From Zygnema circumcarinatum SAG 698-1b (lineage: Eukaryota > Plantae > Zygnematophyceae): a stretch of DNA of 64,000 bases. A program made the translations under genes and the position numbers. The DNA is taken from contig CM074808.1 of the NCBI GenBank assembly GCA_037447605.1, forward strand, positions 3,720,001 through 3,784,000, written 5' to 3'. The stretch's first letter is position 1. The number at the start of each line of letters is the position of its first letter. Below the pieces are notes generated by a model. It made no database searches. It had not been told where the DNA came from and saw only the letters and a list, made by a program, of their open reading frames with translations. Below, in pieces: positions 50,405-62,498 of this stretch.

Positions 50405-53400
50405 ATGGCGCCCTCTCCGGCCGCCACGTGGCGCCATTTCTCCGCCATGGCTCTCCTCTCCCTCCTTTCCTTAAGCTTTCCGACGATCTCCGAAGCTTCC
50501 AATTTGTCTACTGACGCAAGCGCGCTCCTTAAATTCAAGGAGGGCATCTCCAGCGACCCCTCCTCCCTCCTTGTAAGCTGGAGGGCTTCTCCTTCTTCTT
50601 CCAGTCCCTGCCATTGGCTGGGAGTCACTTGCACTTCTGGCAGAGTGACGGCCCTTAACTTTATCGAGGCAGGGTTTAAGGGGTACTTAGCGCCGGAACT
50701 CGGCGACATGGACGAGCTCACGCAGTTGGGGCTCGGGGGAAGCTCTTTATCGGGGCCGGTCCCTGAACCCTTCGGAAACCTAAAGTCACTACGAGTGCTT
50801 AACCTCTCCCAAAACTCCTTTGAAGGCTCATTTCCGAAGCCCATCCTTCGGCTCACCCTCCTCGAAGAATTGGACTTATCTTTCAACTTTTTTGTGGGGT
50901 CGATTCCGAGTAATATTGGGAATTTGTCCCTTCTAAGAGTGCTGAACCTTGGAGACAATTCTTTTTCCGGGAAAATTCCGAATTCAATGTGGGAGCTCTT
51001 AAACCTTGAGACTCTTCGATTGTCGAACAATGCGCTGACCGGACCCTTGTCTCCGGGAATTGGAAACCTCACAAATGCAACCCATGTTTACTTTTCCATG
51101 AACTATTTGTCGGGCCACATCCCCTCTCATGTTGGAAACATGAAAAGTGTGAAGTCCCTTTGGCTAGACAACAACATTTTCGGCGGCCCCATTCCTCCGG
51201 AAATTGGGAAACTTCCAAACCTTGAGTCTCTGAACTTGAATTTCAATCAACTGAACGGCAGCATTCCTCCCAATCTCTTCGATCCATGTCTGTCACTTTT
51301 TGGAATCGGTATTCACCATAACCTGCTCACTGGACCCCTCCCTTCAACCCTTCAAAACTGCTTCGTTCTCAGCTACTTCTTCGCAAACGACAACCAACTC
51401 AGCGGTAACCTCTCGGCTCAAGTCGACTGGTCTTTTTTTTCTCTCCTTGAAGAAGTGGCCTTGGATCATAATCTCTTTTTTGGCCCCCTCCCTCCCTCTA
51501 TTGGCTTTGAAGGCTCTCTCCTATCGCAGCTCCTCCTCTCCTTCAACAACCTCACGGGACCGATCCCGGAATCGTACGCATTCTTATCTGAACTCACCGT
51601 CTTGGACTTGAGCTCTAATCCCCTCAACTGCACCCTGAACCCTATCTTGTCAAACTGTACAGCTCTCGAAGCCATGTACCTGCAAAATTCATCACTTTAC
51701 GGCCCCATTCCTACCGAATTCGGCAACCTGCTGAACATGACTTTTTTGGGACTTCAAAGTAATTCCCTTTCTGGTCCTATTCCTGGGGAACTCTTCTCAT
51801 GCTGCATTTACAAAAACTTCTCAATTTGGCTCGACGACAACCGGCTCAATGGGTCTCTTCCTCCAAACTTTGCCAATACAAATCTTGAAGAGCTCTCTGT
51901 CCCAAGAAACCGACTTTCAGGACCTCTCCCGGACGTGTTTGGAGGGTGTCGGTCTCTCACTCGCCTGCAAATTCAGAGCAATTTCTTCACAGGGCCTCTC
52001 CCTCCCTCCCTCTCCAATGTCACTACCCTCACATACTTTCATGCGGAGCATAACGCTTTCAATGGGTCAATTCCGCCCAATCTTTTCAACCCCATCCTCT
52101 ATGAGTTAGACCTCTCTGACAACAGCTTTTCAGGGCCCCTGCCATCATTTGGGCCTTCCTTAGTGAGGCTGATATACCTTAACTTATCTCACAATCAGTT
52201 CGAGAATGTGGAGCCACTTGAGCTCTCTCTTCAGAACTCGTTGAATATTTTGGACTTGAGCTCTAACAAGCTGGAAGGCGCCCTCTCTGTTTCGAGTGAT
52301 GAAGTGAAGGACTCCCCCCTCATAACCCTCGCTCTCTCTCACAACCTCCTCAATGGCTCCATTCCAAGCAGTCTTGCAACCCTAAAAGAACTCTCATCTC
52401 TGACTCTCAGCCATAACAATTTCGATGGCACGATTCCCACCGAACTTCGAACCCTAACCCTCCTCCAAAACCTCTCGCTGTCCAATAACAAACTGACAGG
52501 TGGCGTCCCCTTGGAACTCGGAAACTTGTCCCTTCTCGGCATGTTAGAGCTCGACAACAACCTTCTTTCTGGCCCTATTCCTCCCCATATTGCCAATTGC
52601 ACTATTTTAAGCATCCTCCGACTTAGCAATAACGAACTCTCTGGGCGAATTCCAGCGGAACTCGGAAACCTTTCTGCTCTCGTTGAGCTCAATCTTTCCT
52701 CCAATTTTTTGACCGGAAAAATCCCCGATGGTTTGTCGGGCCTCTCACTGCTCAAGATAGTCGATTTCTCCAACAATGAGCTGTCAGGACCTATTCCAGT
52801 GGGAAATCTCAGTAATTTCACTGCCTTAGCTTTTGCAAACAATCGAGGTTTATGCGGGCTGCCTTTGGAGCTCTGTCGAAGCAGCAAAACTCTTTCAGCC
52901 GGAGCAGTTGCAGGCATAGTGATAGGAGCTTTGGTTCTGACTGCAAGTATTGTGTTAGTGGTTCTCTATCTTATGCACCAACATTGGAGGTCAATACTTG
53001 ATAAAGGAACTCTGGAATTGTACCACAAATTGCCCTTCCGGCTCACATATGCGAGCATCTTACAGGCGACAGATAATTGGTCAGACGAGGCTTTACTCGG
53101 CACAGGTGGTTTTGGCTCAGTTTACAGGTATGTGCTTTTTTGCAGGAGGTCTGGGATTAGGCTCAATGGCTGACACGGGGTCCATATTGTGGTGAGAAAA
53201 CGGAAATTTTTAGAATTAAACGGCTTCATATGAGCACTTACATCTCCAAAAAATTGTCATTCAAACCCTAATTGCTTGTTTTTCTCATACCAATCATGCT
53301 GAAATATTATGTTCATATTGTAATTGTAGTTGGAAGTTGCTTGGTGCTGTCTGTGCAGGGCTGTGCTTGCAGATGGGGAAACCATGGTGGCCATCAAGCG

Positions 53401-54160
53401 GCTGGCGGAGGGAAGCAGCCAAGGTCTGAAGGAGCTGCGGACGGAGATCCGTACACTGGGGCAGCTAAAGCACCGAAACCTTGTGAAGCTCATTGGCAGC
53501 TATACAAGTGAGAGTGAAGCCCTCCTGATCTATGAATTTCTCCCTGGTGGAGACCTGGAAAGTCATCTCTACGGCAATAAGTCTGAGTTCGACAATTGGG
53601 TCACAAGGTATAATGTGCTTCTGGGAGCAGCAAATGGGCTCAAATATCTGCACCATAACAACAAACCTGCCATCATTCACCGCGACATTAAGCCCCCCAA
53701 CATCTTACTAGACAATGACTTAGAGGCCCGTGTGGCAGATTTTGGATTAGCGAGGGAGATTAACATAGACAAGCAGACCCATCTATCTACAGCGGTCTCC
53801 GGCACGGTAGGGTACATGCCGGTGGAGTATTTTCAGCTGGGTTTAGTGACCCCAAAAATCGATGTGTATGCTTTTGGGGTTGTCATCCTTCAAGTTCTCA
53901 CTGGGAAGCGACCAACTGATGTGACTCTTGGGGAGGAGGGGCTCCCTCATTGGCTGAGTGAGCTATGGTGTAAGGGCAGGGCGAGAGAGGCACTTGACCC
54001 CAAGATGAGGGTGGAGGAGGGAGAGGTGATGCAAGTGATGGGGACTTTGAAGCTTGGGCTCATGTGCTCTTCGAAGAGGGCTGATTCGCGGCCGACGATG
54101 GAGGAGGTGGTGCTTTTGTTGGAGCATGTCGACATGTTTGGTTTGAAGATCGATGCATAA
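50405..54160 (+). CDS. LRR receptor-like kinase, EMS1/BRI1 (LRR-X)-like; 2 exons (50405-53127, 53359-54160)
   Basis: Signal peptide, N-cap PCHWLGVTC, more than 20 LRRs, C-cap NNRGLCG, TM, LPFRLTYASILQATDNW, LGTGGFGSVYR|A intron at the same position as in the 26893 gene, HRDIKPPNILL, THLSTAVSGTVGYMPVEY. Confidence 0.93.
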
Positions 54161-54801
54161 GTTTTAGGGTTAGGTTTAGGACGTGAATAGGTGTAGGCAT
54201 ATGGTGAAACTTTCTGAATTTTTTGGTCAATTTATCCGACAGGATTACTCAGATAATCTTTGAGTAAAAGAAGTGGATATGTTTATGATTGTAATGTAAT
54301 TGATTGGTGCAAATTGAAGCAGTACATTCAAGAAGCACCTCAAGAGGATTTATAAGGGAGGGGGGAGGGAGGGAGGTTGAGACTGAGAGAACGTTGTAAA
54401 TATGTGCATAGTTTGTGTGACTGAATAAGATTGTCAAAAAATACTTAAGAAATCTAACATTATGATTCCAGACGAGACAAAAACATACGCGGCTCAAGCT
54501 GCGTAGTTAATTCGCTTCCAAAGCCTAATTGAACTTCGAACATAAATAATCTGCTGTCAATCTGTGCACATCCTGAGTGAGAGGGGGAAAGAGAGAGGGA
54601 GGGAAAGACAATGGAGAGACAGAGTGAGTGGGCAGAGAGCGAGAGAGAGAGAGAGGGAAAGCTCGTCCTGAGCGGGAGAGAGAGACAACGGGAAAGGGAA
54701 AGCGGGAAACGCAAATATAGGGACAGAATGAGGGGCAAGAGAGAGGGATTTCGGATAGAGAGAGAGACAGAGAGAGAGAGAGAGAAGTAAACTGCCAATC
54801 T

Positions 54802-57800
54802 CTATCTTGGTATATCCTGACTTGTTCCCGGCGTGCAGGGCCGCGGCCCTGGATACGATGCTCCCGGAGCACATAGAGTCGCACCCTTCGGAATCGACGA
54901 ACTGCTTCTGCACACGCTGCCTCCGTTGAAACACTTCAACACGTTCAAGTCGCAGAAAAAATAGGAATTCGCCATAGAGGGACAAGTGGATGAACCGGAA
55001 CTCAGTTGGACGATCTTTGCGAGCTTTTTGTTAATGTTGGTTTGGGTGCATAGCGGGCAGCCGGTATCGCCGAAGTCTTCAGGGATAGCAGGTCGGATAC
55101 AAACCTGTCATGTTAAGATAGAAAAGAAAGGAAAGTCCCCTCTATGATCAATGTGAAATTTTATAGTGTCCAGAACAGGCAACTTTTTAGGGTTTTGGGT
55201 TACATTTTTGAGAAGCTTCAGTGTTTTCTATGTTTGAGAGATGTGAGTGGAGGGAGAGGACCCACCAACTCTCCTGCGAGAAGATTGTCACAACGAATGC
55301 CGGGATTCAACGAAAAGAAACTCAGAGCCGTTGTTGTTCCGACGTAAAGGAAGCTGCAGCCAATTCCTACTTCAAACTCTGCAATCATGTGGTAATCTCC
55401 GCATCGCGGATTTCGGAAGCGGTTTCCGGGTTGCACACATATCTGCAAACGAAGATGAAATTCTCAGTGAAATTCATAGAATGACTGATCTTAAAAGCTT
55501 ATCAGGTTCAATTGCATACAGCATTTGGTTCGCGAATCAAAATGAAAGTAGAAGACGAGCTCTCTTTCCCTCTCCCTCTCTCGCTCCCTCTCCTTCTCCC
55601 TCTCTCCCTCCCTACCCTCTCCCTCCCTCCCTGGCCAGTCGCTTCCTCCCCCCTTTGCCCTGGCCCCTGTTGTAGCAAAAGATCGACTCTTTTTGTGAGT
55701 TTAATTATTGTTCATACCGGGAGATGTGTGGGCAAAGCAACAAACGGAGAGCAGTCAAGACCAATTCGTGCGTTGATTTCAGCCAATTTCGCCACAGAGA
55801 GCGTGTATGAAGGATCAGAGAATGTTGCAGCAATACTCGAACAGGAGTCTCCCTGCATTCAAACTTCTTCATCTAAGTCGCAAAAATACAGCCTGATAAT
55901 GCATGCAGCATTTGTAAGATATAGACCACTGTCACAATTTCAGAACGATGAACCTTCCAAAGCTTCGTAATGTTCCAACATGATTTTGCCTGCTTCAAAT
56001 TTGAGTGGATGCAGAGTTGTAGTTACATATTCCACTGCTTGGAAGAAGTTACTCACCTTTACTGTTACATACATCACCGCGCATTCGATTCCATCCGTAG
56101 CAATTGGTCCAGCGTTGATCACAGTATTTCCAGGCACAAGTCCTGCTATACAGAACTGTTGAAGATACTGGGAACATGGAACAACAGAAAGTAGCAGATC
56201 ACCCACATCAGGTTGCTGCATTACAGACCTTGAAAAAAAACCGCATGTGCACAGAAAAAATGCGGATATGTGAGGAGTCAAACTTGAATCATGAATAGAG
56301 AGATTTTTTTCAGCAGTGCTAACTTACTGGGTTGATATAATAGAGCTCCTGAATGGTCACATTAGCTAAGATAGCGAGTCGATCACATGATAACCCTCCC
56401 GGAGGTACAACAATTGTGGGGTTCACATTGAACGCATTTGCATCCGCTGCAGAATGCATATACCATGTCAGATCGTATCATCGTAAGTACCAAAGGAAAG
56501 AAACTCCCAAACCAAAACATATGAATAATGAAGAGCAAGGGGTTCATCTCACCCGGAATGCAGATGGGAGTATTATCCAGAGCGCGGTTGCCCACAATGA
56601 ACCCCGGAGGGAATGTGCAGTCACATGTGTACCCCCCAGCGCCGTCATTAACGCACCTACAGTGGCATGGAAATACTGTTCAAAAGGGGGGGGGGGGAGG
56701 GGGCCGGGGGAGGGGGGAGGAGGGGGGGGGGAAGAGGGAGGGGGAGGGGGAAGGGAAGGAGAGGGGAAGAGGGGGGAGAAGGGGAAAGGGGAAAGCTAGG
56801 GAAAGGAGGGGAGTGGCGGGGTGGGGCGAGGGGGGAGGGGGGAGGGAGAGAGGGGGAGGTGGAGAGAGTGGCGGAGGGGGGGGGGTGGAGGAAGAGGGAA
56901 AGGGAGAGCTGAGGGTTGAGAGGGAGCGGGAGGTAGGTGAGGAGGCGGAGGGGGAGGAAGCGGGGAGGATGGAAAGGAGGAGGGAGAGGAAGAGGAAAAG
57001 ATGGAGAGAGGCTCACTTGCCAACACCGCAGGGGTTGAAGGAGTGGGAGTCGCACACGTTAGCTGCACACGGCAATTCCGCTTTTCACTGAGACACTTGA
57101 AAGATTGAAACGAAAGACATAGCATTCTGAGATTGCAGAATATTTCACTTCAGCGATTCAAAGTTTGACACGTTTCTTATACAGGAGGGAAGAATTAGCT
57201 ATGCTTTAATGCTACGCATACATTACCGTGAGAATTATTAATTGTCATTTATATCTTGGAAATTAAAAGAGAACGAAGTCTATCTTACACAATGCACAGA
57301 CTTGATCTTGTCCAGTTGAACTCGGCTGTGGAATAAAGCCCGCGAAGCATCTACAGGTGGCGGTGGTCGCATTCGAAGAAAGGCATCTCCCTCCTCCACA
57401 AGGATTATCATAAATTCCTCCATCGCATGCAGTTACTGCAAGAAGAAAGTATTATTTCATTCAGGAAGATGTCTATGTACATAAAAAAAGCTTATAACTA
57501 CACAAACACATAAACATACAGGCAAGAGAAGGTAGTAGTTATCTAGGCAAGAGAAGCTTGGGCAACTTACAAGTTCGTGATGGAGGGGGCGGAGGATGAA
57601 ATGGAGGTCGAGGAGGAGGATTTCGTGGGGGAGGAACGGAAGAGGGAGGAGGACTCCCTGCCGCACATATCAACATTAATTTTCCTTAGAATTATATCTT
57701 CTTCAGAATGTGCTCGAATCACACCGCTAGGGTTCAAGATGATTCTACTTATAATTTGCAATAAGTGACCTTATATGCACAGAAGTGGATGCAGGAGGCT

Positions 57801-58312
57801 CATTATGCATTGGGGTTGTTGATTAAACTTACAAAGAAGGCGCCTTTTTGCGACAGAGCTGCCCGCCCTGACTGGATAAGGATCGATTACTGGATATGTG
57901 GGAGAAACCATGTACATGTTACAAATTCCTGTTCCGTACATGTCCTGGCGAATGCGCATGTAGCCACTTTCTCCCCATGCAGGGCCCCATGAGTTTTTAG
58001 CAATCCAAAAGGGCACATCTCCTTCCACGCCATACCCAACAACGACCATGTTGTGGTTCGGAGTACCCACACAATCCGGGTCGCTAAAAATACCCTGAGG
58101 ACCATAGGAATTTTTCGAACGAGGATTAATAATTGTTAATCAATTCATTAATTGTTAATTGATAATTTTTTATTAATTTTGAAGCCTCTACTTTGACAGA
58201 TGGAGCAAGAAAGGGAGGGCAGGGAGGGGAGGGGAGAGAGCGCGCAGGAGAGAGCGAGAGCGAGCGAAGGTGAGCAATTGGGGAGAGAGAGGAAGAGGGA
58301 CAGAGAGAGGGA

Positions 58313-58371
<59 letters not shown>

Positions 58372-61300
58372 TTTCTTGCATGAGCAAGCTACAGTGCTGG
58401 ACTTCGAACATCACATCACATGCTTTCGGTTAATAATGATTTTCTCACTCACCCCATTATATTCATAAAATCCTCGAACAGAAGTGGAAAGTGCGATGAT
58501 CGCAGGTTGACTGTCAACAACTTTCATCAAAGCGAATGCGTTCTCGGTCGGAACTTGTTCCCACCCTATCACTCTGCTCCTCGAATTATCATACGAGGAA
58601 TTTTCCTGCAAGTTCAGGCCAAGCAGCACTTGAAGATTCATGTTTCAGAAACAATATGTTCTATGCCTGAAGAACGCTCTTGAAAAAGTCTCACGAACTC
58701 TGGTCCTATTATGGGAATAAGCGGTAGAAACTCGCATGAAGTAGCACAAGAAATAGAAAATACATTTCCAAACTCCATACCAAGAAAGAGAAAAGGTGCG
58801 AGTAGAGTTCACCTTCCTTGCATCGCATGATCCTTCAGTCACATCCAATAAGTTGGGATATCTGAACTCGTCATTCAATCCCCCCCTTTGAGCAATGTAT
58901 TCCAAAGCATCGTTAGGGTCTCCCCCTTTACAAGTTGACCCGAAACGTGGCATGCAGTCAAGCAGCTGCTGCATGGAGAGCTGCGGACCGGACATGATGT
59001 TGTCATTGATGTTGATTGCCATCTGCACTGCTTCCACAGCGCTTGCTGCCCAGCAAGCAACTGCCAAAGAAAAAAATAAATAAATAAATAAGATGAAAAG
59101 AAGGGTTTCGGATGAGATAGGTTTTGTCATAATGCATAGGAAATAACATACTGCCTTGTCGGGATAAACAAGAAGATTCAAGGGACTGAGGATTCGAGGG
59201 ATCCTGGAAAAAAAAATGCTAGTTTTAGGACTAAGAATCCTGAATCAAAAAGCTCTAAAGACGCAAAAAATTAGAACATTCTCACACAACTTGTACAGAA
59301 AGATCGGCGGTAAACTCACAGCAACTTCGCTGGTTGCGAACTTTGGTGCTGAAAGGACGCCAATCCACAAAAGTTTGCGGACTTGTAATGCTGTTGTAGC
59401 GGAAGAAGGGAGAAAAGGAAACCGTTTCTATGGGTTGGCAGTTGGGAGCAACGCAGAGAGCTTGGAGCACAGAGCGGTCGATGTATCCGGTGGTCTGAAA
59501 CAGTCAATTGGAAGGACGGGGGGAGAGAGGAGGAGAGGAGGGGGCAGGGGGAGTGGGAGAGGAGAGGGTAGATGGGAGAAAGAGAAAGAGAAGGAAGTGA
59601 GAGAGAAGGAAAGTGGAAGAGAGGAGGGAGGAGGAACGAAGAGAAAGGAAGAGGAGGAGAGAGAAAGGAAGGAAATGGGAAAGGAGAAGATGGAAGAATT
59701 AGAGAGGGTAAAAGACGTGAGGGAAATGAGCAGAGGAAGTGCGAAAGGTATCACCTGCTGCACGTGCAAACAGAGGTTCACTGGAGAATGCCCGCTCTTG
59801 GCAATAAAATCAACTGACCTCACATCGTTTTTAGATACTGTCTTTTATAACTTGCAGCATTGTAGAGCTTTTGGGTAACTTTCTTACTCTGCCGTTGGGG
59901 GGTGGTTCGTACACAACGTCAGTACAGTTAGTGAAGCGGCATGCCCAGCATATTCCCAACACTTCATTGAAGCAGAGGCCCGAGGAGCAGAGGCCCCCAG
60001 AAACCCAGTTTCCACTCTGATCGCACTTACACCATTTACTGCCACAAACAGGTGCCAAAAAAAAATCTATAAACATATAAATAGACATGTATAAGTTGTA
60101 ATTTTGGGTTTTCAGAGGAGTTCAGCAAAGCATGTATGCATCTGCAGAGACAATGCAGAGTCCCGGAACTGAATTTTTCTGGGAAATTGCTAATTGCGAA
60201 AAAAAGAATTTACAAGAAATCAATATTGGGAGGCGGAGTGGGAGGGAACATTTCCGTAAAGCTCACTTACTTGCATCTTCTTGGTTTTGTGTCTGCATAG
60301 GTTCCGTTTGTGCGATTCTTGCAGCATGTGTCATCCCTCTGCGTCAAACCTCCATAAAGCCAAACTGAATTTCATCCATGAGCTCAGGAAACTCTGGTGG
60401 GTCAAAATTGTGAAAGTCCAGGGAAGCCTACTCGCCTTATAACTGCAATTTATAACCCAAAAAGGTATGGATCTACATACCGCAAAAGGTGGGGGAATCG
60501 TCGCATTCCATATAAGGAAGGGAGGGGGAGGGGGAGGCGGGGGAAGAGGGCGAGGTGGAGACCTTAAAGGGGGAGAGGGAAAAAAACTGCGGAATGGTGG
60601 GGAACGGAAGGAAATTATGAGTGAGTTTGAAGGGGGGGGATTTCTAGGGGGTGGGTTCTGGGGGGGTGGTCTTTGGGGGGGAGGAAGGACTACTCGTTTA
60701 GGTAGTTGTCTACTTACAACAGGACCTAGAATGAGCTTTCGTCTGACCTCTCTGTCCTTCTCCCACTCCCCCTCTCCCTCTCTGGGAGCCTCTCTCCCTC
60801 CCCCCCTCCCTCTCTCTTGCAAGTGTTGATCCCCATTGTTTGTTTCATGGAACACAACACGGGTGTTGGGAGTCAGTGAAAGATGGTCTCGGTGAACCAT
60901 GTCATTCAAGGAGGTCGTTGATGCTCTAGGGACGATGTTGTTATGGGCGTGCGGGAAGCCATCGTGGGGAGTGAGAACATGGGGTTGTTCCCCCGGGCGG
61001 GACTTGGGGCACGTCACAGCGCCAAGGCGGTCGCAGCGGCCGGACTGAGTGTTGAAGGCGAGGCTAGGGGCACATGCGAACCACTCCGCCACGCGGCCGT
61101 CTTTGCATTCGCAGAAAGCGCTGCCACACATTCCGTTGTGTGAGAGAAGTGGGGGAGGGGGAGAGGAAGGGGAAAAGGCAGGGAGTGGGGAAGGGGGAAG
61201 GGGGAGGGGGAAGAGGGAGGGGGGAAGGGTGGAGGGGGAGGGGGGAGAAGGGAGGGGGGACGGGGGAGGGGGGGACGGGGGAGGGGGGAGGGAGGAGGGG

Positions 61301-62498
61301 GGAGGGAGGAGGGGGGAGGGGGAAGGGGAGGGGGGAGAAGGGAGGGGGGAGGGGGAGGGGGGGACGGGGGAGGGGGGAGGGAGGAGGGGGGAGGGGAGAG
61401 GGGGAGGGGGGAGGGGGGAGGGGGAGGGGGGAGGGGGAGTGGGGGAGGGGGAGGGGGGAGGGGGGAGGGGGAGGGGGAGGGGGAGGGGGAGGGGAGAGGG
61501 GGAGGGGGGAGGGGGGAGGGGGAGGGGGGAGGGGGAGGGGGAGGGGGAGGGGGAGGGGGAGGGGGAGGGGGAAGGGGAGGGGGAGGGGGGAGGGGGAGTG
61601 GCGAGGGGGAGGGGGAGGGGGAGGGGGAGGAGGAGGGGGAGGGGAGAGGGGGAGGGGGTGGAGTGGAGGGGATGGACGGGGGAGGGGGGGGAGGAGGTGG
61701 AGGGGGGGAGGTGGGGTGGGGGGGAGGAAGGGAGTGGGGGAGGGGGGATTGGGGGAGGGGTGCAGAGGTGGAGAGGGGGCCGGAGGGGGAGGGGGGAGGG
61801 GGGAGGGGGGAAGGGGGATGTAGGGAGGGGGGGGAGGGGGGAGGGGGAGGGGGTAGGGGAAAGAATGGCTGACAACGAGCACAGGAGGAAAAAAGGGAGA
61901 AAGCGTATACACATAAATCTTTACCAACGTTACCTTCTAAAATTCAGAGACTCCCTTCATATTCTATTTTAGGTATTAAAATTAGGTTACATGCGGTGGC
62001 TGGCAGCACCTGCATGGCGGCCACGCGGACAGGTCCGGATGGCGGCCGTCGGGGCGGGCGTGGCAGCACCTTGGGGCTCCGGCCTGCAGCCGTTCGGTAC
62101 TCCCAGAAACATGCGTTTTTTTCTTATTAAAAATTTTAAGCATTTCGATTTTTAATTTAAAATACTCAGATCAATCAAGCATTCAAGACTCAGGTGAGTC
62201 AAACTTACACTATTTAGACCCCTTTTAAATCCGAACCCGAAATAAACTTAGAGAATTTTACCATATTTTAAAAAGCGTAATAAAAAAACATGCATGCATG
62301 CATGCATGCATTCCACGTGGCTTCTCCAAAATTCCCCACCGTGATGACGCCTGCATTGGCGTCAGCATTTTCCCCTGCGACGTATCGCGCGTTGACACGT
62401 GTCCCCGGAAGCCCAAAAAATCCACCGGAAATTCCAAAATTCACCAAAAATGAAAACAGAAATAGCCTGAATGCCGCATAGCTGGAGGCCCTCTCCAT
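54802..62498 (-). CDS. Secreted multidomain protein: SP - 2x CBM14 (peritrophin-A) - papain C1A protease - 2x EGF-like - 4x LysM; 17 exons, about 1019 aa
   Basis: Exons: 62340-62498, 62010-62083, 60481-61120, 60271-60338, 59888-60038, 59320-59494, 58813-59060, 58453-58605, 57833-58094, 57289-57435, 57017-57062, 56553-56656, 56328-56446, 56057-56155, 55718-55852, 55266-55442, 54802-55104. All GT-AG and phase-compatible, totalling 3060 nt. Catalytic QRSCFACW, NHNM and KNSWG present; LysM example [13 protein letters not shown]. Confidence 0.85.

Noticed and set aside
59755-59887. Apparent frameshift or 46-nt intron between CBM14 #2 and the protease
   Set aside because: A direct phase-0 splice from 59888 to 59494 keeps the frame with canonical sites, so no pseudogene call is needed.
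60331-61914. 527-aa extensin-like ORF with an apparent signal peptide ([18 protein letters not shown]...)
   Set aside because: 61121-62009 is better explained as a C-rich intron: splicing it out completes a canonical CBM14 domain, and C-rich tracts are stop-free in all frames. Only 60481-61120 is a real exon.
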